Origin: Acanthaster planci
Lineage: Eukaryota
Direction of reading: 5' to 3'
NCBI RefSeq assembly: GCF_001949145.1
Contig: NW_019091361.1
Coordinates: forward strand, 2,300,919-2,364,918
Length of the DNA stretch: 64,000 nucleotides
The notes beneath the pieces are model-generated. The model was given only the letters and a program-made list of their open reading frames with translations, ran no database searches and was not told where the DNA came from. Position 1 is the first letter of the stretch. Each line of letters opens with the position of its first letter. Positions 52,354-64,000 of this stretch are shown in pieces. The position numbers and the translations under genes were made by a program.

Positions 52354-55300
52354 TTCGCCTTGCTAGTTGATGTTTCTCCGGAAAAGAACTAAGCACTAGT
52401 AATTATAAATCCCGAAGTTCTGGGATACAATTCCAGACCTGTGGCGGAAAGCAACGGCCTTAGGAAACAATTGCTCTCAGGGCGCAGCGACTGAGAACGT
52501 TACGGGCGGTTTTCAGGCTTCAGCCAGACAACATACACGACATATACATGAACGCCAGCGACACTCCCACATTACAACGGCCACTTGTTTCATACCCCGC
52601 ACACACGGCCCGGTACCATATGATATACATGTACACGTAATGTGCATGCACCTAGCCCGTTCTGAGGTCGCACCACTCCACCATAACCACACAAGCGACA
52701 ATGCTATTTCGAGAAGGGGTACCCAGCCCTATGCCACAACCAATGTACGGATCACTGCTTCTCAATAGTCTCCCATTACTTCCTCACTCAGGGTCTCGAG
52801 ATTTTCACAATAGTAAGTAATTTCTTAGGGATGGCAGGGCATTAAATAAGACAGGAAATTGAACCCCGATTTTCCGTCCGGTCGTCTTAGGGAACAAGTC
52901 AAGTATATTGCAGCGAGGATGAGCAGCGACCAAAAGTAGGCATTGTATGTAATAACACTTCAGCCCTTCTTTTAAAGCCTCCATAAGCACGTATTTTATT
53001 TCTGACCGTAGCCAACTATTGTGGATACGGACTGTTCTGCTTTGAAAAATTAATTTTGAGCCCATCTGCAGGGTTTGAAGGGTGGAGGAAATCACACAAA
53101 ATTCAACATTGTAGTAAAGTAAAAGAAAATAAAAATTCCATTTTTATCGAAATGGGCTAAACTTCACACAGCTGCTCATCAGTAATATTGTCCTAGCAAG
53201 ATCCCCTCGTCAGAAAATATTTAGCGGCACTTCGTAAGTTCGTATCGACTGCCAAAAATCAACTTGTCTTTAAATGCAACCCGATTATAAATAGGAGGAG
53301 TGCCCCCGCGCAAGGTATTTCACGATTGAGTCACTGACCCCAATATCCCGCCACTATGCGACAAACTACTTCGCATTCCTCGTTACCCTGTATATACCCT
53401 TTCGGAAAACATGACCACAAATATACACTTTCAAAATTTAGCATTTCCAAGTATCAAACCTTTAGATAGCTTTCTAATTTTCAAAAAGAGGTATGTGAAT
53501 ATCAGGTTGGCGCGGAGAGATACTAACGAAATGAATCGTGTGACCGGTGTCATGACAAAAACTGTCCGGTGCCAAAGAGTGTCCACTCATTAGCATACTG
53601 CAATCTGATTGGTCCTGCTTACAGAAGCGTGTTAGCTTGTCAAAGCGTGTGTTGGTTCGCGGTCTGTGTCAACCCGTAGAAAAGATCACTACCGGTATTC
53701 ATTTAAATTTACCTTTCATTGTTTGTTTAAACGCTTTCCTTTTTATCTAGGATTGCTAAGGATTGGTAGAATTGTCTGACTATAACTTTTGCTGAAGACT
53801 GAAGAGTGAGTAAGCAAGTTTAATGAGTAAAACTAATGGCGGCTGGAGGACACAAGTGTTGATGTTCCGTATGCGCGCGCCTAAAACCGTTCTTTCGTTG
53901 ATGTATTAACTTTGTTTCGTCGACCTATTCTTTTTATGGTCGAAGCTCATATGACTGAAATAATCTTCATTTGACCTGACATGCTGTAGTTTCATACGTG
54001 GAGTAAGTGACACCGACGTGAGCGTGACACTTTAAGAATAGATTTTTTTTTTTTCAAAATGAATGAAAGACGTGCATAGCGCCAGCGAGAGAGGCTGAGC
54101 GTTTCCGTAATATACGGCATCATTACTAATTATAAAAACTTACCAAAACAAAACAAGAGGAGGAAATCTATCCGGAAGTATACAAAATGCAATTATTTGA
54201 AAATTACTCGAAATAAATTTTAGCCATCTTTATGACAAAATCGAACATTTTAAACCCTTTTAACTACAAATACACATGACATGGAAATGCAACACGGTTT
54301 TAGTGCTGAGAAAAACATCAAGCTTCAAACTGTTGATGTACTTCCTTTGATGCTCAACTAAAGAAATAATGTCTCCCAACAAGATTGGACGAGGCGCCAC
54401 AGGTTCATCCGAATCTTTACTGTCATTTCCTGGCGTCTCACAGGAATAAATAATTTGTCCCCCTGACCCACAGCTCTGCACTGTGACCCTCACTACCGTG
54501 CCGCCCATGCAAATTTTGACATTTCGTAAAATCGACACAAGAGGGCGCTGTTGCGGACTGCCTCGCACACGTCATGGCCGTTTTCCATGGCCGTTTTCCA
54601 ACTTCGGCTTCGTCTCAGGCTTCAACTGTTTTTTTTTACTACCTGACTTTGAAGCTTCAAGCGCACTAATTAGTCTAATTGTGCCACAAAATATCAAATA
54701 AGATGCAAGAGAGCAAAAACTTACAGAAATCCAATTTGATTTAAACGCTTCAGGTCCACAATCGGGGATGGGTTTCGGGGACGAACTTGAGACGGTGACG
54801 AAGTTGAGTATTTGAAAAAATTAATGCAGTCAGGACTGAGTGTATTTTGAGAGAAACACGAACTTGCACGCAGAATATTTCAGACCTGTGTAGACATTTC
54901 GAGCATGGGTAGGCAGGCCTTAGGGTCATTACCCTGGCCGACTTGAAATGTTTGATTGTCCAATGTTTCAGGTCCCTCCACAGCCCTTCTTCCCGGGCCC
55001 TGACCCCATCCTGTCCCAAGCCTGAGCCACTGGGTCACCCCTTCCCTCCCTTACTTCCCATATTCCACTTTACACGTCCTTCGATATAACCTATAATCAT
55101 TTTTCTCATTTACTGTAGTATCTTTTTCTCATTATTTTTGAATTTGATAAAATTATGTTCTTTGATATGCTTGTCGTTGTAAACGTATTTCTGTATGCGT
55201 TGCCGAATGAGTAATAACGCAAAAAATGGTGCCACTTTGATGTATCGCACTTCAGTTTCCAGTTGAGAAATGCAAAGTCGCGAGCACAACAATCCAGTAT

Positions 55301-57118
55301 TTTGGAAATGGAGCGGCGTCTTAACTCGGTCTGTCTCATATCGTAACTTTCTCCACGTGCGGCTCAGGAAGCGGTGTGGAAGTTAAACGCATGATAATAA
55401 CACTGTATCACTTTCAACAAGAGTCTCTAAACGCCTGAAACAAACATAAAAAACAACCTGCGAGAAGCAACATGAAGGAGCCTTCTACTTAGATTAAACA
55501 TTAGAGTTATTAGATCAATATCAAATAAATAAAAGCACTTTGTTCTAAAGTTACTTCCAGTGTCAAGTTAAACAGGTTGATGTGAATTCAAGATCATTTG
55601 TAGACAGTAGCAATTTCATACTTTTTAATAATTTACTCTTAAAGTACCTTTGGCAATTTGGAAACTTCTGTTCATGCGCTGCGTTTAGGTGATTTCCTAG
55701 GGCCTTGATTATAATGTTGGCAACGTTTTTGCAAGGCTAGTTGCAATGTATCACAGACTTAACGATAGGTCATCAGGTAGTCGTATTCTCTCTCTGAACT
55801 TCAGTCGAAATCCATCAGCACAGCTGTATTTGTGGTTTGTGACGTAACTGGCTGAGTTTCAAATATTCATGGGACTGAATGGTCAATCATCCACAAGTTG
55901 AGGACGAGGCAACAAAAACGGGAGAAATACATGTGGACCGTGGAGATCGTGGCGTGGACGCAGTGAAGAACAAAGGCAAGTTTAAAAGTATCATGACTTT
56001 TTCGTAATATTACCGTCTTAAAATTAAGAGAGCACTGTTGCAAAGTTGTGGAATACGAAATAGACAGCAACATTTTTGTCTAATATTACTTCATTTCACA
56101 CGTAATACAAGCTATTTTGTGCAATACTACTTGTTAAATGTAGGCCCTACCTGTTCCAATTTCGAAAAAGTTCTGTTATGTTTTATTTCAAGACGGGCAG
56201 AAATGAAAGAAGATACGAGCTGCGACGAGACACCCATGTTTCCTTGACAAGTAGAAGCCATAGGTATTTGTCACGCATCGATTTTGTTAGTGTTAGGTTG
56301 TAAAGTGTCGGTGTAAGTTCCAACTTTCAAGTCATATTTAAGCGTTTGTTTCCACCATCTGTCAGTCTCGTTAACGTTTGGTTCAGCCTGGTCGTGAATG
56401 TACACACGTGGCCGTGATTTCCTGTGTTCCATTTGCTGTTTACGTAAGGGGTTTGCTTTAGTGGGATTGAATGAATGGAAACATCATGGAATGTTCGTGT
56501 GTGATCTTGGAGGTTGTCGCCGAGGCCCAGGGAAGAATGTGACCACAGACGCATACATTTCAAGATTCAAATAACCCACTAAATAGAATATGTTGAATGG
56601 GTTGATTTCGTCCATTTTTACACCTTGGCTAATTGAGGTTCTGGTTTCGGCTTCATTTGTGCTCTTTTACCGTAAGTCAGTCTTCAACATTCGGAACCTG
56701 CAAAGACAGAGTCCAAACCTGGCTGTAAACTTGCGTCAGACCGTTAAGCCAGCATTTTACTGCAATTGTGTGGATTACGAACCTTTAGACTCCAGTGATA
56801 CAATTTTAGAAAAAAGTACCCAGGGTGTTTTTAGTCTTTTGAAAAAAACAAAGCAACAATCTTTGTTTCTCTTTCCTCTGACCCTGGTTAACTGTGGGGG
56901 AATTAATTTTCCCGTCCTCCGACCCTGCTTAATGCAATAAATGAAAAAGTGCTGGCCATATAGATGTTTCCGTCCAGAAAAAAGGGTCAACTATTGGGCC
57001 ATAATCTCCGGAGACAGAGACCCAAAGTAAGCCTGACGTTTGAGGAAAGTCCTAGTCTCAAACGTTCCCCTCTGGGAGCGCTCCCCGACAGCCATGCACG
57101 AAGGATCATGATACTCAC

Positions 57119-57244
57119 CGCAGACTGAGCCTTCTCTGCCTCGGCCAGTCTGGTTTCGTTGGTAGTCAGCTTGTCTTGCACCTGATCCAGCTCGGCTTCG
57201 ATCGTCTTGATTTTCGACTGCAGTTCCTTGATCTCATCTTGCGC
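57119..57244 (-). CDS. TPM: Tropomyosin exon 2 (aa 39-80)
   Basis: ttttcag|AQDEIKELQSKIKTIEAELDQVQDKLTTNETRLAEAEKAQSA|GTGAGT; 126 nt, the canonical exon 2 size. Confidence 0.96.
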
Positions 57245-58399
57245 CTGAAAAAGACAGAATGCACCTAAAAATTAATTCACGAGCCCATTTCAAAGTATTT
57301 TTCCACAAAAATGTTATTAAAAGGCAGATTTGGGGCTTGATATTAATGTTTCCCAGAGCTAGCTGTTTGCACCTCAGTGTTTCTGGAAGTGCAGTTTATG
57401 AATTCTGCGTTATTTTAAACGGGGGCCCGATGAAAACTGTGAAGCAAAGTTTGTAAATGAACCTCTGTAATATTCAATTTTCCATTCACAGGGCACGTGG
57501 ATGCCTTTTTTGTGTTAAGCTATCGTGTTAGGTCAATCCAAGAAAAAAATCTTCATTTTTACAGATATTCAAACATCAATATTTAGTAAGATATCTTTTC
57601 TTGGCCGATTCGTTGTTATTTCAGGTTATGACTGTAGGCGAGTGAGTTCGAACAGAAAACCCTGTTAAGAAACTAAGGCGCCATACTCAAATTACACCAG
57701 CTACAGTAGCCTCATTATTGTGGGGAAAAAAGATTAATAATCGAAGACGTGCACTTTTCAACAAAGTTAACTAAAAGCAGAGTAAACTTTGCCCGAAATG
57801 TGTTGTCCAGTAACCTTCGCGTCGTATGCTCTTAATTGTATAAATGCACTTTTGGACAATGTAAATGAGGAACTTTTTTTCAGTACTCGGTTCTGTGCAC
57901 ATAATGCGTAATATGAAGCCTGTCTGATCTCATTAAAGAGTAAGTTCGTAAGTAAAAGCTGTCAAAATCTTTTTTTTTACAAGTCTCGGTTGTCGTCTAG
58001 AGGAGGGTTTACCAGTCCTTGCGTCATAAAGGCGACGGAGGCCTTGAAAGCACTACCAGCGAAACACAGAAACGTCTTTTGGGACTCTTGGTGCAGCCGT
58101 GCCCCCTGTCAAATATTTTCCTTTTTTAATTAACGCTTCAGATTTACTTAAGCCGTGCTTTTGTATTTCGTTTGCTTTTGTTTTGTGTTCGTTTTCGCTA
58201 TCCAACCCGAACTGACATGGTTATCACACTTGGTTTTATTGACGTAACAAGTTTTATTTGTCTCTTATCCGTGAAGCAGGAAAACGCCCCTCGCCCACAG
58301 TGGTCATTGTAATTTGCTATCTCTTCTTTTTTTGTTTCCATGTGAAAGCACTCTTTTTAGGGGGGGGCGTAAATAGTTGACTGGTAGTGTTGAGCGTGT

Positions 58400-58684
58400 C
58401 AGGGGAAGCGGGTTAATGTAGCCGTTCTTTCTCTCTCTAGACCACTGAGGCCCGGGTTCGAGTCCCGGCTTGGCCCAGCCCAGGCTTTATGTGCGTTTGG
58501 TTTCTAGTCCATACTCGCTCTCACGGGTTTTCTCCAGGTACTCCGGTTTTCCCCGCCTCTGAAACTGGACCGTCTTTCTAACGTCCGTAACGTGATGCTG
58601 ATTAATAAAGGTTATGGATAAACATGTAGTTATTGGCGCAAACAGCCCGAGTAGCTGAAAGCACCATTAAAACAACAGCAACAA
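58400..58684 (+). mobile_element. tRNA-derived SINE with target-site duplication, in tropomyosin intron 1
   Basis: B box GGTTCGAGTCCC (~58455). Central GGGTTTTCTCCAGGTACTCCGGTTTTCCC resembles the conserved core of V/Meta-type SINEs. (CAA)n-like tail. Flanking direct repeats GTTGAGCGTGT (58389-58399) and GTTGAGTGTGT (58685-58695). Confidence 0.85.
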
Positions 58685-61600
58685 GTTGAGTGTGTTAAAT
58701 TGATTTTGGCATTAGATGGAGAGAGTTGTCTGAGAGTGTCCGATTTATCAAATGTTGTTGGGTTGTTCCCTACCGAACCGACAGGCGAGTGGAGCACAGC
58801 CACCGCTGGTACAGGCTAAAGACCCAAGAAGTAAGCGTATAGTTACGGCGGCACTCTCCGCGAATTGACCGGTCTTCGCACGGCGTCAGCCTGAAGCCTA
58901 AGTGATGTTCTCCTCCCCGAATTACTGTAAGTTTTACACCAGTATAGTTTTCTTGGTAATTGCTTGAAACTGAACGAGTTCATCATGATATTTTCTACCT
59001 GGTAATGTTCCGATTCGATATTGTGGAATGACCTTAAAAGTCCAGCGGTCATTTTTGGAACTTGTGTTTGACACGATATTGAGAGTTTACTTATGTGTCT
59101 GATCCAGAGGATCAGAGAGTTGTAGTCTTTTCGGTTATCTCAAATTATAATCTCAATTTAATTTACCTTTTATATTCATATTAAAGAAATTTAATGTTTA
59201 AGTTATATCTACTCGTCTCAATTCATGATAGTTACGTTTCTCGAAGGAAACTTTGTGACAACCCTTCAGCAGTGCGACAAAGGGACAGGTTGTGCCGTCT
59301 CTTGAACGTTATTGGCGGTATGGTGGGCGCAACGCCCACGCAAATTTAATACCAAACTGTAAGGGTTTTTCATGCCTTTCGTGGGAAACCTTGGGCGACC
59401 GTCGAGAATATCAACAAAACACCAAAGCTGCTAATATAAAAAAAAATCCTTATATTTCACTCTTTTCCCACAATGAAGCGCTATTACATTAATCGGTATC
59501 GATGTTTCTGTAACTTATTACTGACAAATTCCTTCAGTACGAAATTACGCAGGCAAAAAATGCTTTACTGCCAGCATAGGAAGGCACAATTATCAGAGCT
59601 GTGCCAAAAGCACCTTTGTCATCCGCGTTTCGTGGCTCCCATGTCGGCCAAATCCTTCCTGATGAAGCTTCAAGTATATTATATGCACATCTATCGGGCA
59701 GAAAAATGTACCGACGGTTTGTTGCTTATGAAGTCTTGAAGCCATTCCAGATATCTTCAGACAGCTTCGGACACTGCATTTTCGATGCTTCGATCAAGGA
59801 TGCACGGTCTTCATTTGGAAAAAAAAATCATAATTGTACATGTGCCCCCCCCCCTGCACGCCAGCCATGTTGCTCTGTGGTGCTCGAATCTAGGCAATCA
59901 ATCAGCACCGTTACTAGATTGTCCAACCGAACTTGAAAGAGACAACAGTTATAACACACCTGCCTTCAAAAGCAAAGAGACAAGATTAATTATAAATTAC
60001 AAATAACTGAATAAACAAAAGAGCCCATTTAGAATTCCTTCGCTTGTATTGCATAGATTTTTTCCTATTGTGAATTCGAATGATCATACTTACCGCTGAA
60101 AGCTGTTGTGAATTGAAAAGTCCGAACATGGTCCGAAAGGCAATTTTTTAAATTCACCAGTGAATAATGCAAGCACGCCATTTCCATATACATTAAACAA
60201 TTGAATTATGGACCTGAAAATGCATGGTCAAATTATTAGGACAATGAGCGATGGTCACAAATTTGGCTGGCTGATCTATAAACAAAAAGTACATGAAAAC
60301 AATGAAGATGACCTCTGCAACCTTGCACAGCAGTGAGACCTCCCTTGAAGGAGAAATTGAAAAGCAAACGCTGGTCAAGATTTAAAGAAAAGCAGAGGTT
60401 GGGTCAAGAAAATGTCCTTTTGTGTTTTTCATTTCATTGTATATGAATACAAAATTCAATAGCAGAAAAGAGTGACGGCTTTAAAAGTCGTCAATGAAAT
60501 TTTGAAAGCGATCGGGAGCCAGTAAACAGTTTTAAGGCAGAATTTCTCGTTTCTTCATTATCTTATTGTCAAATCGACAAAGAAACCTAAAATCCAAGAA
60601 CAAAGTGAAGGATGCTGTTATATTTCTCACACTAAAATCAGCGAGTTCATAGCTGTGATAAGACATGAAGCTCGATCCCAGAAAATGAGAACAGCTTCGT
60701 TCAAACAGCCGTTGTATTCTATTTATTTGGGCATGGAATGTGGATTGGTATGCGCGGTATGTGCCTCGTTTGGGCATACCCTTGCTTCATATAATCAGGA
60801 CACACGACTAGTAGTAATGGGCGGGTGCGAATGCGACGACCGTTCCGTGTCTCTAACACAATAGATCACTAAAAATAATTAATACACGACATTTTATGGA
60901 TTTAACTTCTACAGATCTCCAGATTAGATATGGTTGTGGTTGAAGGGAACAATAGAAATTTTAAAACAGTTTTCCTGACAATGTTCTCTGCACAGTTATT
61001 TTGTGATTTAGACATTTCTGGGCAATACAATTTACTACAATATAGTAGAAAGAGAATAAAAGGATCAAATCTACTTTCGTATTCCTTGAATTGATCAAAA
61101 CATATAGCAAGGTCAAAATAGCCTTACAAGTAAAACCTAACCTGCTTTGAAAATCTTCCCCCTTATTTCTGTCTCTTTTTCATTAACAGTAAAGGCTCTC
61201 CCCTGACTTGGGGAAAAAAAGTTAAATGACAGACTAGTACGAAGTCAAGTCCAAAGGCGGGGCACTGCCACGGCATTTTTGTCTGGCAGCAACTTTCACT
61301 TGTGCATTTACACTTTGTTTTGTCTTTCTGGAAGTCATGGTTCTCTTCAGCGGACTTGGCTGACTGGAATGGGCCCAGAAAACACTCAGGGAGAAAGCCA
61401 GGAGGCCAACCAAGGATCGAGATCCTGAATGGTGGCAGACAGCTCTAAGCATAGAGCATGAAACTTGCTCTAATCTCTAAGGAAGGAAGTTGTCGTGAGT
61501 CATAAAATAATGTGGTCCGGACACGGTGGTACACGGGTTGTTGTAAAATGTACAAGACGAATTCGCCTGGTGCCCTTAAATAGCACAGTCAAATCGTGTC

Positions 61601-61819
61601 AGAACTAATCACCTCTGTTCAATTTGTCATCTCTAGTATCGAGTGGTTTAGCCCTCGACAGATACTAATCCTGGTAAATTTACTCAGGCAAATATTGCAA
61701 TGTGTACCAGATCTTCTGGTGGTGTTGAGTTTGAGCTAAGACCAACTTGAAGATTTACTTCAACAAAAGTCCTGGTTGTCAAGTTTGGCTTCAGTCGGGA
61801 TGATGGTATTTCTACTTAC

Positions 61820-61933
61820 CACCTCCTCTCTCTCGAGGGCTGCCCGCTTTTCGTTCTCCGCCGCATCCCTTGCATCCAAGGCATTCTCCTTCTCCTGCTT
61901 GAGAGCCTGCATCTTCTTCTTTATGGTCTCCAT
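61820..61933 (-). CDS. TPM: Tropomyosin exon 1a (aa 1-38, long isoform)
   Basis: METIKKKMQALKQEKENALDARDAAENEKRAALEREEV; 114 nt; donor GTAAGT; classic tropomyosin N-terminus. Confidence 0.97.
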
Positions 61934-62351
61934 TTTGGCAGTATTTGTTCCAACCTCCTTGTTTGCCTTCCGAAAAGAGCGAGCACCGTGCTAATGGCGT
62001 CGAATCGAGTGGAGTGTGGAATGTAGTACAGCCGGCCTACCCCCGATCAAGGAACGTGGAGGAAAAGACGGACCGCCGCAGTCTGTGCCGTAACCTTCTC
62101 GAGTGCGAGGAATGTCAGGGGTGTTCTTGAACCCAGACAGTACCGGGGAAGTTTTTGCACGATCTCTGCACAGATTACCTCAGCGAGGAAGAACTCTGCG
62201 GTTGCGCAGGGCCTCACGTGGTACATTATCAGCCAATGGTGAAGGCCGGTCTCTGAGGACCTTTTCTGGCACTCGGTGAATGAAGGCATTCGTAGTATGA
62301 CGTATGGCTTGATAGTCTCAGACTGTGTTGGCACTACGGATATACAGGCCG

Positions 62352-62361
62352 CCATATAAGG
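62352..62361. promoter_or_regulatory. CArG box (SRF site) upstream of tropomyosin exon 1a
   Basis: Perfect CC(A/T)6GG match, CCATATAAGG, ~420 nt upstream of the ATG. E-box CACGTG (62215) and CCAAT (62233) lie nearby in a CpG-rich stretch. Confidence 0.65.
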
Positions 62362-64000
62362 GATTCCCTTAGCTTGCGGATACAGCTCGCGCACACTTCC
62401 AATATTTGCTTGTTTGAAGTTGTTGTGTGTAGAATGATAATTGGTTTAATCCGAAGCCCGCTCTGCAGTTGATTTTTTGTACACATTGAACACTCGGTGG
62501 CTATGGCTTATTGGAATGAAATTAAGTTGAAACCGAAGATGTAATTAAACCTCGATCAAAGAAAATAAGACGTTTTTCAGTTTTCATAGCTTGCAGGCAA
62601 TCGAATTTTTACAGCTTGAAAAATGATTGATTGTTACACGTGTATACCTTAGCTAGGCCAAATTAAGCAACATTGAGAGAAATATTGGGCCCAAATGTCA
62701 TATGGATTACTAATTATAAGTCAACGAAGACACTGTTTACTCTTACCTTTTGAAAAGTGACACACTCGGGTTGCCTGTAATTATGTGTCCTCCTGAAAGA
62801 CATACCCTTTCGGCAGCAAATGCTGGAGTTAGAAATTTAAACGGAAACAGTGTTTTATACTAAAAACGTGAGTCTCGTATAACAGTGGCACATTATTCAA
62901 TTTTATCTCAAAATAGAGATTAAAAGAAAGCAGTTTTGAAACCAGCAAGATTTTACTATGTACTTGATGTCAGGGGATTATCCATTGCCTAAGGGGGTGG
63001 AGTTAGGGGATGTAATAACCTACATGCAGTTTCAAGTGTCAGTGCTTCGAAGTTCCAGATATGGATATCTGTCTTTGCCCTTTGGACAGAGCCACTTAAC
63101 CTTATTATTCTATCAAACTGGAAAATAATTATTGAGGGCTGATTTCGTCATTGTCCTCATTTTGGCCTTTTATAGTAGCAAAATGACAGCGACAACGGCC
63201 ACAATGTATGACAGCACAACGTTGCTTGCCCATACTTAAAGGGCCACGCATTTCAATTTTAATGCAGTCGTTTTGAGTGCACAGTCGTCTCCGCTTTTTC
63301 AATTATCGTTTGCCATTTTATAAGGATAGTTTGATGCCTTTAAATTTAATTTTTTTTATTCTTCCATGCATATTTGCATATTCATGATCAAAAGTGTGAT
63401 GACATTTCGTCAGGAAGCATCAGGGCTAGTCGTACTAACTGTCAGCACCCCCAGATTAGTGGCCGGAATTTGGGATATTTTGCTTCCTTAATGTTTTGTG
63501 CCTTTGGTGATCTACTGTTGCTTCAGTGCATAACGATAGGGGAGAGGTAGTCAGTGAGCCAATTTATAGATACCGAATTTAAACAGGATAACTCTAAAAT
63601 AGACGGCGGTTTCCTTCAAAGACGCTCGGCAGCAACAGCGCCCGTAATTGTTTCTCATGGAATCAAAAGCGGTAATTGTTTTTTCAATCATAATGTAACC
63701 ACAAAGAGATTCCAAACGGTGTTCATACGTTTAAAAGGGATCTCGAAAGTTGCATAAAATGTAATACTAAAGTTTTTAAAATTAAGTTCAAGATTTACCA
63801 TTAATGGAATTTTGAAAATGAAAACCCCTCCTGTTAAAATCTAAAAAGGTGTCGTAAACTCGGGCCCTTTAACCTGAACTGACTTGTGCCAAGATGGCCC
63901 TGAATCGATGAACAGACACGTTGACTCGTAATTCTTAAAGAATCCTCATTCATCTCGTGCCAACGGAAACAACCATGGGCCGCTTGGCATGGCCTGCTAA

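Noticed and set aside
54719..54830. GTAAGT donor in intron 2 suggesting another first exon
   Set aside because: The phase-0 frame has an upstream stop, no ATG and no coiled-coil character.
58400..58470. tRNA gene
   Set aside because: B box only, with no complete cloverleaf; it continues into a SINE body and tail.

Overview
Animal genomic DNA, probably an invertebrate deuterostome. An echinoderm is inferred from the tropomyosin N-terminus and the TACATGTA-rich introns, but this is not confirmed. The window holds two gene systems. (1) Two tandem plus-strand GH31 glycosidase paralogs (MYORG/KIAA1161-like), at 2479-4499 and 7797-9815. Each is interrupted by an N-gap at exactly the same homologous position. 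(2) One ~50 kb minus-strand tropomyosin gene (start codon 61933, distal poly(A) ~12375) that the ORF track almost entirely misses. I rebuilt it exon by exon from GT-AG boundaries and reading phase. It has two alternative first exons (284-aa long and 242-aa short isoforms), a pair of tandem 72-nt alternative exons for residues 141-164, and three alternative 27-residue terminal exons, giving up to 12 isoforms. The most striking non-coding signal is a set of very long AG-free zones (153-472 nt) upstream of four of the five alternative acceptors. This points to distant branch points and a steric mechanism of mutual exclusion. A tRNA-derived SINE with a target-site duplication, several MITE-like elements and a 52-bp tandem repeat are also present. 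No prokaryote-type system (CRISPR, operon) is present. The findings are new as annotation of this locus, but the mechanisms have precedents.
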